NCBI GenBank assembly: GCA_040081625.1
Contig: JBEBGD010000074.1
Coordinates: 1 to 27,605, forward strand
Direction of reading: 5' to 3'
DNA from: Chthoniobacteraceae bacterium
Lineage (GTDB): Bacteria > Verrucomicrobiota > Verrucomicrobiia > Chthoniobacterales > Chthoniobacteraceae
Length of the DNA stretch: 27,605 bases
The translations under genes were made by a program, and so were the position numbers. Under the pieces are notes generated by a model. That model had not been told where the DNA came from, ran no database searches, and saw only the letters and a program-made list of their open reading frames with translations. Shown one piece after another: positions 10,146-19,476 of this stretch; position 1 is the first letter of the stretch, and every line of letters starts with the position of its first letter.

Positions 10146-13100
10146 ATGAAATTGCTCCGTTCCCTCCTCGCGCTCGCTGCGGCATCGGCCTGTGCCGCCG
10201 ACGCGAACCGCCTCACCTATCTCGACGACACCTCGCCATTCTGGCCCACGCCGCAGTCGCCGAAATTCACGACGCCGCAGTGGGTCGGCGAACCGGGGGT
10301 CGATGCGGTCGTCATCCTCGCGATCGACGACATGCGCGAGTCGGCGAAATACGAAACGTTCCTGCGCCCGATCCTCGACCGGCTGAAACGCATCGATGGG
10401 CGCGCGCCGGTGAGCATCATGACCAACACCGTGAAGCCCGACGATCCGCAGTTCGCGGCGTGGCTGAAGGAGGGGCTTTCGCTCGATGTCCACACGCTCG
10501 CGCATCCGTGTCCGATGCTCGGCAAGATGTCGCTCGCCGACGCGGCGAAGACTTACCACGGCGGCGTGGACCTGCTCGCGAGCGTGCCGGGAAACAAGCC
10601 CGTCGCCTTCCGCATGCCGTGCTGCGACTCGATGAACTCGGCGAGCCCGCGCTTCTTCGCGGAGATCTTTCCACACGCGAGCGGGAAGGGGAACACGCTC
10701 GCGATTGACTCGTCGGTCTTCACGCTTCCGCCCGGCGAGCGCTTCGCGAAATACTTCCCGACCGAGCTGCGCCCGCCGATGAAAAAGACGCTCGGCGACT
10801 ACGCGGGCTACATCGACGACTACCCCTATCCCTACGTGATCGGGCGCTCGTGCTGGGAATTTCCGTGCATCGTGCCGAGCGACTGGGAAGCGCTCAACGT
10901 GCTCGGCCCGAACTCGCCCACGATGCTCGACGACTGGAAGGCCGGGCTCGACCGCGTCGTCGAGCAGCGCGGCGCGTTCACCGCCGTCTTCCACCCGCAC
11001 GGGTGGAGCGCGCCGGGGCAGTGGATCGAGTTCATCGACTACTCGCAGAAGACCTACGGCAAGCGCGTGAAGTTCCTCACCTTTCGCGAGGTGCTCGAGC
11101 GGCTGGAAAAGCACGCGCTCGCCGGCGCTACGCTGCGCGAGAGCGGCGCGCGCCTGATCGACTTGAATGCAGACGGTTTCATGGACGTGGTCACCACGAA
11201 GCAAACGCGCGTCTGGCAGCCGGACACGCAGCGGTGGTCGGAAATGGCGACTCCCTTCGCAGTCGCGACCTTCGGCATCGTTCGCGACGGCGCGGTGTCG
11301 GCGGTTTCAAAAGCGGGCGCATGGACGTGGCGCGGCGCGTGGCAGCGCGACGACGCGCTTGCCGGCGCGGGCGTTCTTCGCGACTTCGATCGCGACGGTG
11401 TGTGCGAGCGGCTCGCGGGCGACGGCATCTTCACGTGGAAGGATGGACGCTGGCAGCCCGCGGACTTCGCGCTGCCCGATGGCGTCGCGATGCTCGACGC
11501 GCAGGGCCGCGACAACGGCCTTCGCTTCGCCGACCTCAACGGCGACGGCTTCGACGACGTGATCCAGTCGAACGACGCGGGCCACGCGATCCACCTCTGG
11601 GCCGGCGTGGTGAAGGCGAATCTCGGCTGGAAGCGCGGCTGGCCGCATCTCGTCGCGAAAGGGCCGCCGGATGGAAAGGTGCTCCCGTTCGTGAAGGACG
11701 GGCGCGACTACGGCGCCTGGCTTCACCGCGGATCGATCGTCTGGCAGAACGAGTTCGTCGCGACGGCGGAGCACGAGTCGGTGAGCCGCACGTTCAAGGA
11801 AATCATCGCATTCGAAGTGCCGCCCGATCGTTCGCTCGCGGACTCGCTCGCCGCGATGCGGCCGCGCCCGGGCTTTAGCGTCGAACTCGTCGCCGCGGAG
11901 CCGCTGGTCGAAGGTCCGGTGGCCTTCGAGTGGGACGCGCAGGGACGGCTCTGGGTCGCCGAGATGCGCGACTATCCGCTCGGCATGGATGGAAAGGGAA
12001 AGCCCGGTGGTGTGGTGAAAATCCTCACCGATCCCGACGGCGATGGCCGCTACGACAAGGCGGTGAATTTCCTCGAGGACCTGCCCTTTCCCACCGGCGT
12101 CATGCCGTGGCGCGATGGCGTGCTCATCTCGGCGTCGCCGGATATTATCTTCGCGCGCGACACCAATGGCGACGGACGCGCGGACGAAAAGCGCGTGGTC
12201 TTCACCGGCTTCCGCGAAGGCAACCAGCAGCATCGCATGAACGGATTCGAGTGGGGGCTCGATGGCTGGATTTATGGCGCCAACGGCGACAGCGGCGGCA
12301 CGATCAATGGCGTCGCGATCAGCGGGCGCGACTTCCGATTCCGGCCCGACAGCGGTGAGTTCGAGCCCGAGAGCGGGCAGACGCAATACGGGCGGCGGCG
12401 CGACGACTGGGACAATTGGTTCGGCAACAACAACCCGACCTGGGTCTGGCACTACACGATCTCCGACACGTATCTGCGGCGGAACCCGAAGCTGGCTGTG
12501 AAGACGACGAAGCAGGTGCTCGCGAACTACCCGGACTCGACACGCGTCTTCGCCGTGAGCGAGCTGCCGATCCGATTCAATCAGCCCCAATCCGCCGGAC
12601 ACGTGACGAGCGGGTGCAGTCCCGCGCCCTATCGCGACGAACTGTTCGGCGCTGGCTTCGCGACGAGCGTCTTCTCGTGCGAGCCGGTGCACAATGTCGT
12701 GCATCGCGAGGTGCTCACGCCCGACGGCGCGACCTTCACGAGCAAGCGCGCGGACGACGAGCGGGACCGCGAATTCCTCGCCAGCACCGACCCGTGGTTC
12801 CGCCCCGTGTATCTCAAGACTGGCCCCGACGGCGCGCTCTACGTCGCGGACTTCCACCGCTTCGCGCTCGAGCATCCCGAGTGGATCGCGCCCGAAACAC
12901 AGAGCCGCCTTGACCTCCGCGCCGGCGCGGACAAGGGCCGCATCTACCGCGTCTTCCCGAGCAGCGCGAAGCTGCGTCCGGTGCCGAATCTCGCGAAGCT
13001 GGACACCGCCGCGCTCGCGGCCGCGCTCGACAGCCCGAATGGCTGGCAGCGCGACACCGCCCAGCGCGTGCTCACCGAGCGCGGTGCGAAGGACGCGGCG

Positions 13101-13976
13101 CCTTCGCTGCGCGCGCTCGTCTCGAAGGCGCCGGACGCGAAGGTGCGTGTGCAGGCGCTCGCGACGCTCGACACGCTGCACGAGCTGGATGCGAAAACGA
13201 TCGCTGCAGCGCTGCGCGACAATCATCCCGCCGTGCGCGTGCAGGCGCTGCGCGTGAGCACTTCGTTCGACGATGCGATGCTCGCGTGCGCGGACGACGT
13301 CGACTTCACCGTGCGTCACCAACTCGCGCTCACGCTCGGCAATTTCCGCGACGAACGCGCGACCACCGCTCTCGCGAAACTCGCCGGGCGCGATGGCGAC
13401 CAGCCTCAGATGCGCATTGCGATCATGTCGTCGCTCACGCCGGACAGCGGGCTCTTCGCGAAGCTGAACAAAGCTGCCGCACCGACCGCCGCGCCTGCGG
13501 TCGTGCTCCCGAAGCCGTCCACGCCCGATCGCGCGAAAGTGATCGCAAGCTACGCGAGCGTGGCAAACCTCAAGGGCGATGCGGCGCGCGGGCGCGAGCT
13601 GTTCAAGCAGCAGTGCTTCATCTGCCACCGGCTCAAAGGCGAAGGTCTGGAAGTCGGCCCGGATCTCGCGATGACCGCCGACAAGCCGATCGACTGGCTG
13701 CTTACGGCGATCTTCGACCCGAATGCCGCGATCGAGGACCGCTACAAGGCGCAGACGATCAAGCTCAAGGCCGGTGGCGAGATGGCAGGCCTGATCTCCG
13801 CCGAGACAGCGAACAACGTCGTGCTGAAACTGCCCGGCGGAGTCGAACTGCCCGTGTTGCGCGGCGACATCGCGAGCCAGCAGCCGAGCAACCGATCGCT
13901 GATGCCCGAAGGCGTGGAGACCGTGATGAAGCCGCAGGACGTCGCCGACCTTCTCGCGTGGATTCGCGCGAAGTAG
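10146..13976 (+). CDS. Secreted PVC-type heme-binding CxxCH protein fused to polysaccharide-deacetylase-like and FG-GAP domains
   Basis: 1276 aa. Signal peptide; CE4-like motifs (ILAIDD, HTLAHP, FRMP); FG-GAP/VCBS repeats (DLNADGFMD, DFDRDG, DLNGDGFDD); dehydrogenase-like beta-propeller (PGFSVELVAAEPLV..., DPWFRPV..TGPDGALYVAD); HEAT-like repeats; cytochrome c CFICH...GPDL...SLMPEG. Confidence 0.9.
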   Translation: MKLLRSLLALAAASACAADANRLTYLDDTSPFWPTPQSPKFTTPQWVGEPGVDAVVILAIDDMRESAKYETFLRPILDRLKRIDGRAPVSIMTNTVKPDDPQFAAWLKEGLSLDVHTLAHPCPMLGKMSLADAAKTYHGGVDLLASVPGNKPVAFRMPCCDSMNSASPRFFAEIFPHASGKGNTLAIDSSVFTLPPGERFAKYFPTELRPPMKKTLGDYAGYIDDYPYPYVIGRSCWEFPCIVPSDWEALNVLGPNSPTMLDDWKAGLDRVVEQRGAFTAVFHPHGWSAPGQWIEFIDYSQKTYGKRVKFLTFREVLERLEKHALAGATLRESGARLIDLNADGFMDVVTTKQTRVWQPDTQRWSEMATPFAVATFGIVRDGAVSAVSKAGAWTWRGAWQRDDALAGAGVLRDFDRDGVCERLAGDGIFTWKDGRWQPADFALPDGVAMLDAQGRDNGLRFADLNGDGFDDVIQSNDAGHAIHLWAGVVKANLGWKRGWPHLVAKGPPDGKVLPFVKDGRDYGAWLHRGSIVWQNEFVATAEHESVSRTFKEIIAFEVPPDRSLADSLAAMRPRPGFSVELVAAEPLVEGPVAFEWDAQGRLWVAEMRDYPLGMDGKGKPGGVVKILTDPDGDGRYDKAVNFLEDLPFPTGVMPWRDGVLISASPDIIFARDTNGDGRADEKRVVFTGFREGNQQHRMNGFEWGLDGWIYGANGDSGGTINGVAISGRDFRFRPDSGEFEPESGQTQYGRRRDDWDNWFGNNNPTWVWHYTISDTYLRRNPKLAVKTTKQVLANYPDSTRVFAVSELPIRFNQPQSAGHVTSGCSPAPYRDELFGAGFATSVFSCEPVHNVVHREVLTPDGATFTSKRADDERDREFLASTDPWFRPVYLKTGPDGALYVADFHRFALEHPEWIAPETQSRLDLRAGADKGRIYRVFPSSAKLRPVPNLAKLDTAALAAALDSPNGWQRDTAQRVLTERGAKDAAPSLRALVSKAPDAKVRVQALATLDTLHELDAKTIAAALRDNHPAVRVQALRVSTSFDDAMLACADDVDFTVRHQLALTLGNFRDERATTALAKLAGRDGDQPQMRIAIMSSLTPDSGLFAKLNKAAAPTAAPAVVLPKPSTPDRAKVIASYASVANLKGDAARGRELFKQQCFICHRLKGEGLEVGPDLAMTADKPIDWLLTAIFDPNAAIEDRYKAQTIKLKAGGEMAGLISAETANNVVLKLPGGVELPVLRGDIASQQPSNRSLMPEGVETVMKPQDVADLLAWIRAK

Positions 13977-15227
13977 CTACGTGATCGCGTCGCGCACGAT
14001 TTGCATCGTGTGCCGCACCACGACCGGCGAGCCGAGCTTTTCGAGATGGACGCGGAGCTGTGTGAGGCAGCCGATGTTGCCCGTCGCGACGATCTGCGCG
14101 CCGGTCGCGACCACTGCACGAGCCTTCTGCTCGCCGAGCGAGGCGGCGATGTTGGGCTGGTCGATATTGTAAGTGCCGGCGCTGCCGCAGCAGAGATGCG
14201 CGTCGGCGAGTTCGCAGAGCTCGAGGCCGGGAACCTTGCGGAGCAGGTCGCGTGGTTCGCTTCGGACGTTTTGCGCGTTCGCGAGGTGGCAGGCGTCGTG
14301 GTAGGCGACCTTCATCTTCGACTCGCGCAGCGGCGTGCGCAGGCCGAGGCGCGCGAGGAAGACGCTGACGTCCATCACGCGATGGCGAAAGGCGTCGGCG
14401 CGGGCTTCGTCGGGCGTGCCGCGCAGGATGAGGTGATACTCGTGCATCGCCGAGCCGCAGCCGGCGGCGTTCGTGAGGATGGCATCCACGTCGGCGGGAA
14501 ATGCGGCGAGGTTTTGCCGCGCGAACTTCTGCGCCGCGCGCAGATCGCCCGTGTGCCACGCGAGGCCGCCGCAGCAACCTTGCGCGGGTGGGACGACGAC
14601 TTCCACGCCGTTGCGCGCGAGGACTTCGATCGTCGCGGTGTTGATGTCCGGCTCGAGCACCTGTTGCGCGCAGCTCACGAGCAGCGCGACGCGGGCGCGA
14701 CGCTCGCCGTGCGCGGGTGTGACGTGCGGCCACGACTCGCGCGGCGGGAGATCGTCGGGGACGAGATCGAGCATCGGGCGCAGAGCTTGTGGAGTGATGC
14801 CGCGGAAAAGCTTCCCGAGCCGCCCGGCGAACGCGGCCACCCGGAAGCGTGACGGATACGGGATGGTCTGCGCGGCGAGCCAATGGCGCAGCCTTTCGAG
14901 CGGAGCGCGCTTGAACTTCGACCCCGCGAGAGCGCGGAAGGGGCTGAGCAGGTCGCGATACGGGACGCCGCTCGGGCAGGCGGGCTCGCACGCGAGGCAG
15001 CCGAGGCATTTGTCCACGTGCGGCTGCGCGGCTTCCCACGGGAGCGCGCCCTCGAGCACCTGCTTCATCAGCACGATGCGCCCGCGCGGCGTGTCCATCT
15101 CCTGGCCGAGCTCGCGATAGGTCGGGCACGCGGCGAGGCAGAAGCCGCAATGCACGCAGGTGCTCACGGCGTGAGCCATCGGTTCGCCGAGCGGGCCGTG
15201 ATCTTCGGGGCGGATGGTGTGGAGCAT
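13977..15227 (-). CDS. glcF: Glycolate oxidase iron-sulfur subunit
   Basis: Two 4Fe-4S motifs (CVHCGFCLAACP, CLGCLACEPACP) and two CCG domains (GCCGG; YHDACH...CCGSAG...GNIGC). Confidence 0.9.
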   Translation of the reverse strand: MLHTIRPEDHGPLGEPMAHAVSTCVHCGFCLAACPTYRELGQEMDTPRGRIVLMKQVLEGALPWEAAQPHVDKCLGCLACEPACPSGVPYRDLLSPFRALAGSKFKRAPLERLRHWLAAQTIPYPSRFRVAAFAGRLGKLFRGITPQALRPMLDLVPDDLPPRESWPHVTPAHGERRARVALLVSCAQQVLEPDINTATIEVLARNGVEVVVPPAQGCCGGLAWHTGDLRAAQKFARQNLAAFPADVDAILTNAAGCGSAMHEYHLILRGTPDEARADAFRHRVMDVSVFLARLGLRTPLRESKMKVAYHDACHLANAQNVRSEPRDLLRKVPGLELCELADAHLCCGSAGTYNIDQPNIAASLGEQKARAVVATGAQIVATGNIGCLTQLRVHLEKLGSPVVVRHTMQIVRDAIT

Positions 15228-16241
15228 TTAGAGCGAGGGGAAACGGTTCTGTGGATCGAGCGCGGTCTTCACGCCAGACACGACGACCGGCGCGATACCG
15301 GGGAAAAGCGGGGCGTCGCCGCGCAGTGTGAGCGCATCGAAGCCGGAGAAGCATGGCGAGAAGGCGGGCTGCGAGACGTAGGCGACGTTGCCGCCCGCGC
15401 TGACGTGGATGCGCGCGTCGCCGATCGCGGCGCATAGCGCGGGCAGGCGCTTCGGAGTGAGCGCAATCTTCACGAGCACGCCGTCCGGGTGCGCCCACGA
15501 AAACTCGCGCACGCTTGTCCAAAACGCCGCGTCTTCCGCGAGCACCGCGCCGCTTGGGAAACGGGAGAGCATCTCCGTGGTGAGCGCGTCCAGCGCAGCA
15601 GCGGGTCCGCCGACGCGCGCGAATACCACGCCGTCCGCGGCGTCGAGCGCGTCGAGTTCCCAGCGCGTGGACGACATGGACATCATGGTCGCGGCGACGT
15701 CGTCCGTCGGGATGCGCACGGTGCGGAAGGCGGCGGCGCGCGGGAAGACCTTGAACGTGATCTCCGCGAGCACGCCGTAGCGGCCGAGGCTGCCGACGAA
15801 AAACTTCGGCAGGTCGAAGCCGGCGGCGTTCTTTACGACTTTGCCACCCATGCGGAGGAGGCGACCTTCGCCATCGACGAATTGCACGCCGAGGATGAAA
15901 TCGCGCAGCCCGCCATAGCGGAAGCGCCCCGGCCCGCTCAGCCCGCTTGCGACCGTGCCGCCGAGCGTCGAGCCCGCATCGACGAGCAACGGATCGAACG
16001 GGAGATACTGCCCGCTCTTCGCCAGCGCCGCGGCGATCTCGCGCACCGGCGTGCCGGCGAGCGCGGTGAAGGTGAACTCACTCGGCTCGTATTCCACGAT
16101 GCCGCTGAGCGCGCGGGTGGAGATGGGCGTGGCGTCCGTCCGTGAAAGGCGCGGCTTCGTCCCCGCACCGATGGCGAGCACGCGCGGCGTGGCGCGCACG
16201 GCGTCGGCGAGTTCGGCGGGAGTTAGCGGAGAGAGGAACAT
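15228..16241 (-). CDS. glcE: Glycolate oxidase FAD-binding subunit
   Basis: Motifs GAGTK, GIVEYEPSE, STLGGTVASGLSGPGR and GGKVVKNAAGFDLPK..GSLG; abuts glcF. Confidence 0.9.
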   Translation of the reverse strand: MFLSPLTPAELADAVRATPRVLAIGAGTKPRLSRTDATPISTRALSGIVEYEPSEFTFTALAGTPVREIAAALAKSGQYLPFDPLLVDAGSTLGGTVASGLSGPGRFRYGGLRDFILGVQFVDGEGRLLRMGGKVVKNAAGFDLPKFFVGSLGRYGVLAEITFKVFPRAAAFRTVRIPTDDVAATMMSMSSTRWELDALDAADGVVFARVGGPAAALDALTTEMLSRFPSGAVLAEDAAFWTSVREFSWAHPDGVLVKIALTPKRLPALCAAIGDARIHVSAGGNVAYVSQPAFSPCFSGFDALTLRGDAPLFPGIAPVVVSGVKTALDPQNRFPSL

Positions 16242-16273
16242 TGTTGTGCTGCGTGCCCGTGGCTCACGCGGTT

Positions 16274-16503
16274 TCAGTCGAGCAATGCGATGAACTCTTC
16301 GACCGTGAGCCCAGCGTCGCGGATGAGACTGCGCAGCGTGCCTTTGGCGACTTCGCGATGATACGGCACCGAGAGGGCGTCGCCATGCTGCCGGCTTTCA
16401 CGAGGATGATGTGACTGCCACGCTGCCGTGCGATCATCCAGCCGTTGCGCTCGAAGGCGGCGACGACATCGCGTCCGCTCAAGACCGGCAGCTTCGCGCC
16501 CAC
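16274..16503 (-). pseudogene. hicA: HicA-family mRNA interferase toxin, frameshifted
   Basis: From GTG 16503 it reads KLPVLSGRDVVAAFERNGWMIARQRGSHIILVKAGSMAT. The canonical remainder LSVPYHREVAKGTLRSLIRDAGLTVEEFIALLD* is in another frame, with the shift at the C-run 16375-16377 (+2 or -1 nt). Confidence 0.85.
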
Positions 16504-16505
16504 CG

Positions 16506-16712
16506 CTAGACGCTGACTTCCACCTGCGCAGTCTCCCCCGTCAGTGGCAGGCCGCGCTCGGCGCGCACTTCCAGGCAGAGCGCGATCGCCTCGCGCACAT
16601 TGGTCAGCGCCTCCTCGTGCGTGCCGCCCTGGCTCACGCAACCGGGAATCGCCGGGCACTCGGCCACGAAGACCCCGTCTTCATCGCGTTCGATGGTCAC
16701 GTTGAATTTCAT
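16506..16712 (-). CDS. hicB: HicB-family antitoxin (short form, no DNA-binding domain)
   Basis: Start 16712: MKFNVTIERDEDGVFVAECPAIPGCVSQGGTHEEALTNVREAIALCLE; 68 aa; directly upstream of hicA. Confidence 0.92.
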   Translation of the reverse strand: MKFNVTIERDEDGVFVAECPAIPGCVSQGGTHEEALTNVREAIALCLEVRAERGLPLTGETAQVEVSV

Positions 16713-16921
16713 GCACTCAGCATGGTGAAAATTGAAGCACAGTGCAATGCCGGGGTCCGCAGGAGTTTCAACATCTCCAAACATTCAGTGAAACCTGCCG
16801 AAGCGAGATGGCTCATCAACTCCGCTGACATCTCGATGTAGCCGAGCACGTCCTCGCGCGTCAGCGACGGGTCGCCGGCGGCGATTCGATCGACAAACTT
16901 TGCGGCGTTGACATTGCCCAC
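16709..16921 (-). CDS. Small hypothetical protein or gene fragment
   Basis: 70-aa ORF whose stop overlaps the hicB start (ATGA). The N-half looks protein-like, but no family is recognised. Confidence 0.3.
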   Translation of the reverse strand: MGNVNAAKFVDRIAAGDPSLTREDVLGYIEMSAELMSHLASAGFTECLEMLKLLRTPALHCASIFTMLSA

Positions 16922-16966
16922 AACGAGTAGTTTTCAACGAGGCATCACTTCTATCGAACCTGCTTT

Positions 16967-17125
16967 ATGAAAACAAAGACCACGAAAAAGAAGGCAACCA
17001 AAACCGCCAAGCGGAAGCCAATCGACCAAAAAGCGGCATGGCAGAAGAAGTATGGGAAAGAAGCCGGCAGCCTCCTCCTCAAATACCGCGCGAAAATTGC
17101 CGCTCGATCACGAACAAGTTCCTGA
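16967..17125 (+). CDS. Small Lys-rich basic protein (52 aa)
   Basis: Below the ORF-track cutoff: MKTKTTKKKATKTAKRKPIDQKAAWQKKYGKEAGSLLLKYRAKIAARSRTSS*. Its stop overlaps the next ATG (TGATG at 17123-17127). Confidence 0.5.
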   Translation: MKTKTTKKKATKTAKRKPIDQKAAWQKKYGKEAGSLLLKYRAKIAARSRTSS

Positions 17126-17901
17126 TGCATCAAGCGACCCGATTAGCTGCCACTGTGGGAGCGCTCTGGCTTGCGATCGGCGAAGCGCCGCGCGGCCTTG
17201 CGGCGGCAGTAACCGTCACAAATTATTCGTTTCAGGTTCCCGGTTTCACGACTGACGGCGACAATAACGGGTCTGTGCCCGGATGGACTTTCGAGGGCGT
17301 CGCCGGCCAAAGTCATTTTGGGATCACGAACCCGAGCGGCACGAACTATTCAGGCACCGATGGAGCGGACGCGCCTCTCCCTGGCACCGCAGATGGTTCG
17401 CAGGCCGCCTATCTCGACAAGACATCCGCAGCGAACGCTTACCTGCATAGCGACCCCGTTCTCACGATCGCCGCGGACACGCGATATACCCTGACCATCG
17501 CGGTCGGATACCGAAAAGGGTATTCATACGCTTTGGGCGGTGCAGTGGGATTTGAATCTGGCGGAATCACAATCCCGTCGCTGGGCGGCAGATTCTTTTC
17601 CACAGACCTTGCTGTGGATACATTCGTTGATTTCACGGCGACTTTCACCACGGCCGCTTCCGGCGATCCGCTTGTTGGCCAACCGCTGGGGATCCGATTC
17701 ACAATATCCAATAATGGCGGAACCCAGTTTCAAGGACACCTCGACTTCGATAATGTCCGACTCGATGCGACTCCCGTTCCTGAGCAATCCGCGCTCACAT
17801 TGGGAGTCGCCACGGGACTCATTCTCATGTGTGTCGGTCGTAAGAGGAATGCCGCAGGCAGGATGACTTGCGACGCTGGGTTCCGCCTCGAAACCGAATG
17901 A
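17125..17901 (+). CDS. PEP-CTERM sorting-domain surface protein
   Basis: Likely start 17125 (MHQATRLAATVGALWLAIG...AAAVTVTNYSF). Beta-rich CBM-like body ending DFDNVRLDAT, then VPEQS + hydrophobic segment + RKR. Confidence 0.85.
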   Translation: MHQATRLAATVGALWLAIGEAPRGLAAAVTVTNYSFQVPGFTTDGDNNGSVPGWTFEGVAGQSHFGITNPSGTNYSGTDGADAPLPGTADGSQAAYLDKTSAANAYLHSDPVLTIAADTRYTLTIAVGYRKGYSYALGGAVGFESGGITIPSLGGRFFSTDLAVDTFVDFTATFTTAASGDPLVGQPLGIRFTISNNGGTQFQGHLDFDNVRLDATPVPEQSALTLGVATGLILMCVGRKRNAAGRMTCDAGFRLETE

Positions 17902-17950
17902 GCGGTGAGCGGGGCAGATCGAGATTCCGCTCCCGCGGTGTGTCGAAGCG

Positions 17951-19402
17951 CTACTCGCGCGAGATGACGCCTGCCTTCTCCAGCGGATGCAGGCCGTGGT
18001 GCGTGAGGGCAGGGGCTTCCTTTCCGGGGAACATCTTGCCGGGATTGGCGATGCCGAGCGGATCAAAAGCGGCGCGGATGCGGTGCATGCACTCGATTTC
18101 CTCGGCGCTGAACATGTCGGCGAGGTAGTCGCGCTTTTCGACGCCGACGCCGTGTTCGCCGGTGATGCTGCCGCCCATCTCGACGCACATTTTCAGGATG
18201 CGCCCGGCGAGCGTCTCGGCGCGGTGGAGCGCGCCGGGTTCGCGGCCATCGTAGAGGATGAGCGGGTGCAGGTTGCCGTCGCCGGCGTGGAAGACATTTG
18301 CACAGCGGATATTCATCTCGCGCGACATTTCGCCGATGCGGCGGAGCGCTTCGCCGAGGCGGCGGCGTGGGACGACGCCGTCCTGCACGATGAAGTCGGG
18401 CGAGAGGCGGCCCACCGCGCTGAACGCGCTCTTGCGGCCTTTCCAAATCGCGAGCCGCTCGTTCGCGTCGCGCGCGGGGCGGACTTCGACGGGGTTGCTC
18501 GCGGCGAGGATTTCATCGAGCCGCACGCGATCGGCGGCGACGACTTCGCGCGGGCCTTCCAGCTCGACGATGAGCACGGCATCGCAGCCCGGCGGATAGT
18601 CGGCGTGGACGGCGGCCTTCGCGGCTTCGATGGCGAGGCCTTCCATGATCTCGATGGCACCGGGCAGCAATCCGCTCGCGATGATCGCGGAGACGGCGTC
18701 GCCCGCTTGCTCGATCGTGTGGTAGCCGGCGAGCACGGTGTGGTAGCACTCGGGCTTCGGGAGAAGCTGGAGCGTGGCCTCGAGCGCGATGCCGAAGAGG
18801 CCTTCGTTGCCGACGAAAAGGCCGGTCCAGTCGGGGCCGATCATCTCGCGGCTCGCGCCGCCGAACTCGACGACTTCGCCGTTCGCGAGCACGGCCTTCA
18901 GCCCGAGCACGTGGTTGGAAGTCATGCCGTATTTGAGGCAGTGCGCGCCGCCGGAATTGAACGCGATGTTTCCGCCGATGGTGCAGATCGACTGCGACGA
19001 CGGGTCGGGCGCGAAGAGCAAGCCGTGCGGCGCGGCGGCGACGGTGACGGCGGTGTTGATGACGCCGACTTCGACGACGGCGATGCGTTCCTCGGGATCG
19101 AGGCGGATGATGCGATTGAGCCGGTTGAGCGTGATGACGATCCCGCCTTCCACCGGCATGGAACCTCCCGACAAACTCGTCCCGCTCCCGCGCGCGACGA
19201 ACGGAATCCCATCCGCATGGCACGCGCGGACGAGCGCGATCACTTCCTCCTGCGTCTCCGGCACCGCGACGGCGAGCGGCGTGGCTTTGAACGCGGTCAG
19301 CCCGTCGCTCTCATACGCGGCGAGTTGCACCGGCTCGCGCAGGAAGCGATCCGGCGGGAGCAGCGCGGAGATGCGATCGAGGGCGGGTGACGGAGGGAGC
19401 AT
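17951..19402 (-). CDS. glcD: Glycolate oxidase subunit GlcD (FAD-linked oxidase)
   Basis: Motifs [64 protein letters not shown] and NPGK. Confidence 0.95.
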   Translation of the reverse strand: MLPPSPALDRISALLPPDRFLREPVQLAAYESDGLTAFKATPLAVAVPETQEEVIALVRACHADGIPFVARGSGTSLSGGSMPVEGGIVITLNRLNRIIRLDPEERIAVVEVGVINTAVTVAAAPHGLLFAPDPSSQSICTIGGNIAFNSGGAHCLKYGMTSNHVLGLKAVLANGEVVEFGGASREMIGPDWTGLFVGNEGLFGIALEATLQLLPKPECYHTVLAGYHTIEQAGDAVSAIIASGLLPGAIEIMEGLAIEAAKAAVHADYPPGCDAVLIVELEGPREVVAADRVRLDEILAASNPVEVRPARDANERLAIWKGRKSAFSAVGRLSPDFIVQDGVVPRRRLGEALRRIGEMSREMNIRCANVFHAGDGNLHPLILYDGREPGALHRAETLAGRILKMCVEMGGSITGEHGVGVEKRDYLADMFSAEEIECMHRIRAAFDPLGIANPGKMFPGKEAPALTHHGLHPLEKAGVISRE

Positions 19403-19476
19403 GAATGCGACGAGTGGAATCGACCACGGCTCGCGCGGCTTGGCGAGTCCCGTGCTCTCCGCTCCCGAGCGCGGGC

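Noticed and set aside
13971..13982. TAGCTA palindrome at the PVC gene/glcF junction as a recombination site
   Set aside because: It is simply two abutting convergent TAG stop codons.
16242..17950. Second integron array around hicBA
   Set aside because: No attC-like R''/R' palindromes were found flanking these ORFs, and their orientations are mixed.
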